A stretch of DNA of 63,628 nt, the filler included, from Chiloscyllium plagiosum (taxonomy: Eukaryota): NCBI RefSeq assembly GCF_004010195.1. It is 6 parts of one record of this genome, joined end to end, with 100 filler letters (N's around TTAATTAATTAA, not from the genome) between each part and the next. Parts side by side here need not be neighbours in the genome. Positions count along the whole stretch, not along the records: positions 60,041 to 63,628 come from NC_057710.1; 5 more parts are not named here. One strand, written 5' to 3'. The notes beneath the pieces are model-generated. The model saw only the letters and a program-made list of their open reading frames with translations. It did not search any database and was not told where the DNA came from. Made by a program: the position numbers and the translations under genes. Within the stretch, counting starts at the first letter, position 1, and every line of letters begins with the position of its first letter. Positions 61,509 to 63,628 of this stretch are shown here, in pieces.

Positions 61509-61818
61509 ATGGCTGTGTTCACAGGGAGGGACAGGCCAGAGCTCAGCAGGAGACTGCTGCTTCTCGGGCTGTGGCTACTGGCCGTCTCTGGGCAGCGGAC
61601 CACGCCAGTGCCCCTCCAAAGGGAGAAGGTGGGGGTCCGATTGTCGGGCTACCCCCGCAAGCACAACGAGGGCCGGGTGGAGGTGTCCTACGAGGGAGAG
61701 TGGGGGACCATCTGCGATGACGATTTCAAGCTGGACAATGCTGTGGTTCTGTGCCGGATGATGGGTTTCACCACAGCCGTGGGCTGGACACACAGTGCCA
61801 AGTACGGCAAAGGGACAG
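61509..61818 (+). CDS. LOXL3: Lysyl oxidase-like 3, first coding exon (signal peptide and first half of SRCR1)
   Basis: ATG directly after TCTCTCAG; RRLLLLGLWLLAVSG signal peptide; RLSGYPRKHNEGRVEV..WGTICDDDF..GWTHSAKYGKGT; GTGAGA donor, phase 1; PRK, GWTHSAKYG and TICDDDF fit LOXL3 better than LOXL2 or LOXL4. Confidence 0.9.
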
Positions 61819-62030
61819 GTGAGAGCTCGCAGGGGCTGGAGGAACCCGCGGTTACCCCCTCCCCTCAGCGTGCATGCTGTGGGATAACCAGAGCGAACTG
61901 ACTGAATCATCTCGGGCATTTCACTCCCTCCCAAAAAATCTCCCAGGCTAGAACGAGGCCATTCAGCCAATCACACCAGTGCCAGCTCTTGAAAAGAATT
62001 AGTTCTCCTTCAGTGTCAACCTCCAAACCC

Positions 62031-62215
62031 ATGACCACTTCCATCTAGAAGGACATGGGTAGCAGATAGATGGAAACACCACCCCCTGCAGGTTCCCACT
62101 CACCATCCTGATATGGAAATACATCGCCGTTCCTTCACTGTCACTGGGTCAAAATCCTGGAATTCCCTCCATAAGGGCATTGTGGGTCAACCCATAGCAC
62201 ATGGACTGCGGCGGT
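62031..62215 (+). mobile_element. L2-like LINE 3' fragment
   Basis: reverse complement of ~23365-23575. Confidence 0.7.
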
Positions 62216-62500
62216 TAGACTATAACACTGAGAAATAGAAACAGGAGTGGGCCATTCGGCCCATCGGGTCGGCTCCACCAGTCTATAGGATCACAGCTGA
62301 TCCAACATTCAACCCTCAGAGAGGAGAGTTTCCTCCTGACCCCAGTCTTAAATTGGTGCCCCTTTATTCTGAGATGATACCCTCTGGTCCTAGACTCTCC
62401 CATGAGGGGAAACATCCTCTCAGTGTTTACCCTGTGAAGCCCCTTGAAGAATCCTCTGTGTTTCAATGACATCACCTCTCATTCTTTGTAATTCCAGGCC
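62216..62500 (-). mobile_element. CR1 3' fragment
   Basis: ERMFPLMGESRTRG motif. Confidence 0.75.
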
Positions 62501-62969
62501 CATTTTGCACAAGCACACCTGATAGGACAGTGCATTCATCCCCAAGAGTCAGTCCATTTAGTGTTCCTGATCCTGGGAATGGTCCAATGAGTCCCACAGT
62601 TCCTGCAGATACCACCATTTTGAATATTTGTCCAGTTCCATTCCAGCAGAACATTCCAGATAAAGGCACAGAAAGAGGTTGGGCTACGTGCTGGCCGTTG
62701 GGACGCAGTGGGCCAAAGGGTCTCTTTCTGTGTTGTAAAGGGGGAAAAAGCCCAATGGCTATAAATTCTCCATATCTCTCCTCAGGCTTTAAAATGGCTT
62801 TAAAACTGTGACCTCTGACCCTCTAGCTATTGGAAACTGTTTCGCTGGAACCATTCCAGTAACTCGATCGTGCACCTCCGTCTGGGAGAGTTATTCGACC
62901 GTGGCAGGAGGGTTGGGGTGGAGATTGCAGATTACACACTCACAAATGATCTTACCCGTTGCCTTCCAG

Positions 62970-63133
62970 GGAGGGTGTGGCTGGATAACCTGGATTGTCG
63001 TGGGACAGAGAAGGATGTCTCGGAGTGCAAGTCCCTGGGGTGGGGGCAGACTGACTGCACACACGAGGAGGACGCTGGAGTCATCTGCAAGGATGAGCGC
63101 ATCCCCGGATTTGTAGACTCAAACATCATCTCG
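62970..63133 (+). CDS. LOXL3: Lysyl oxidase-like 3, second coding exon (second half of SRCR1)
   Basis: CCTTCCAG acceptor, GTAATG donor; 164 bp, phase 1 to 0; RVWLDNLDCRGTE..GWGQTDCTHEEDAGVICKDERIPGFVDSNIIS. Confidence 0.92.
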
Positions 63134-63225
63134 GTAATGAAGCCACGCGATTGAACATGGCCTCCACATTGTTGCTCAGGGAAGGGGTGTGGGCCCACTG
63201 CTCACTGACACCTCTTTGGCCTCAT

Positions 63226-63380
63226 GAGGTGGAGGGGTCAGTGTTGGACTGGGGTGGACAAAGTCAGAAGTCACATGACAAGTTACTTTACCCGATGATG
63301 AAAGGGCTGCGCTCGGAAAACTTGTGATTTCAGAGAAACCTGTTGGATGATAACCTGGTGTCATGTGACCTCTGACTTCT
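63226..63380. mobile_element. Short inverted terminus of the third PLE-like family
   Basis: AAGTCAGAAGTCACATGACA / TGTCATGTGACCTCTGACTT inverted pair; decayed core GATGATGAAAGGGCTGCGCTCGGAAAAC. Confidence 0.45.
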
Positions 63381-63404
63381 TAAAAGTGAAAGGCAGGAGG
63401 AGAG

Positions 63405-63628
63405 GTTTGTAAAATTATGAGGGGCATGGATAGGATAAATAGACAAGGTCTTTTCCCTGGGGTCGGGGAGTCCTGAACTAGAGGGAATAGGTTTAGGGTG
63501 AGAGAGGAAAGATATAAAAGAGACCTAAGGGGTAACTTTTTCATACAGAGGGTGGTACGTGTATGGAATGAGCTGCCAGAGGAAGTGGTGGAGGCTGGTA
63601 CAATTGCAACATTTAAGAGGCATTTGGA
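63405..63628 (+). mobile_element. CR1 (HER1-like) 3' fragment, truncated by the window end
   Basis: near-identical to 35918-36147. Confidence 0.88.

Overview
Repeat-dense vertebrate genomic DNA, almost certainly from a cartilaginous fish (shark-type HE1 V-SINEs, CR1/HER1 LINEs, DeuSINE-type SINEs; the taxon is an inference). It is a draft assembly with three plain N gaps and five artificial 100-bp joins (N44-TTAATTAATTAA-N44). Two host genes on the + strand are visible only as exons. The first is the 3' end of an ADAM-family metalloprotease: EGF-like exon 9136-9250, stalk exon 21714-21809, and transmembrane exon 30784-30917, whose cytoplasmic tail is truncated by a 7-bp duplication. The second is the first two coding exons of LOXL3 (61509-61818, 62970-63133). 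The rest is nested mobile DNA: many CR1 fragments, L2-, RTE- and Rex/Babar-type LINE pieces, a Gmr1-type Gypsy element, a Harbinger fossil, two large minisatellites, and at least three Penelope-like element (PLE) families. The most interesting signal is about 20 intact or decayed minimal hammerhead-ribozyme motifs (CTGANGA-N-stem II-GAAAC/TGTH, with covarying stems) in the PLE termini. They occur as ~90-bp stand-alone insertions with target-site duplications (TSDs), as near-perfect hairpins, and as inverted arms bracketing foreign cargo. In one copy an oligo(A) plus an internal fragment is inserted exactly at the predicted GUC cleavage site. All calls come from reading the sequence by eye; repeat boundaries are approximate unless a TSD or splice site is quoted.
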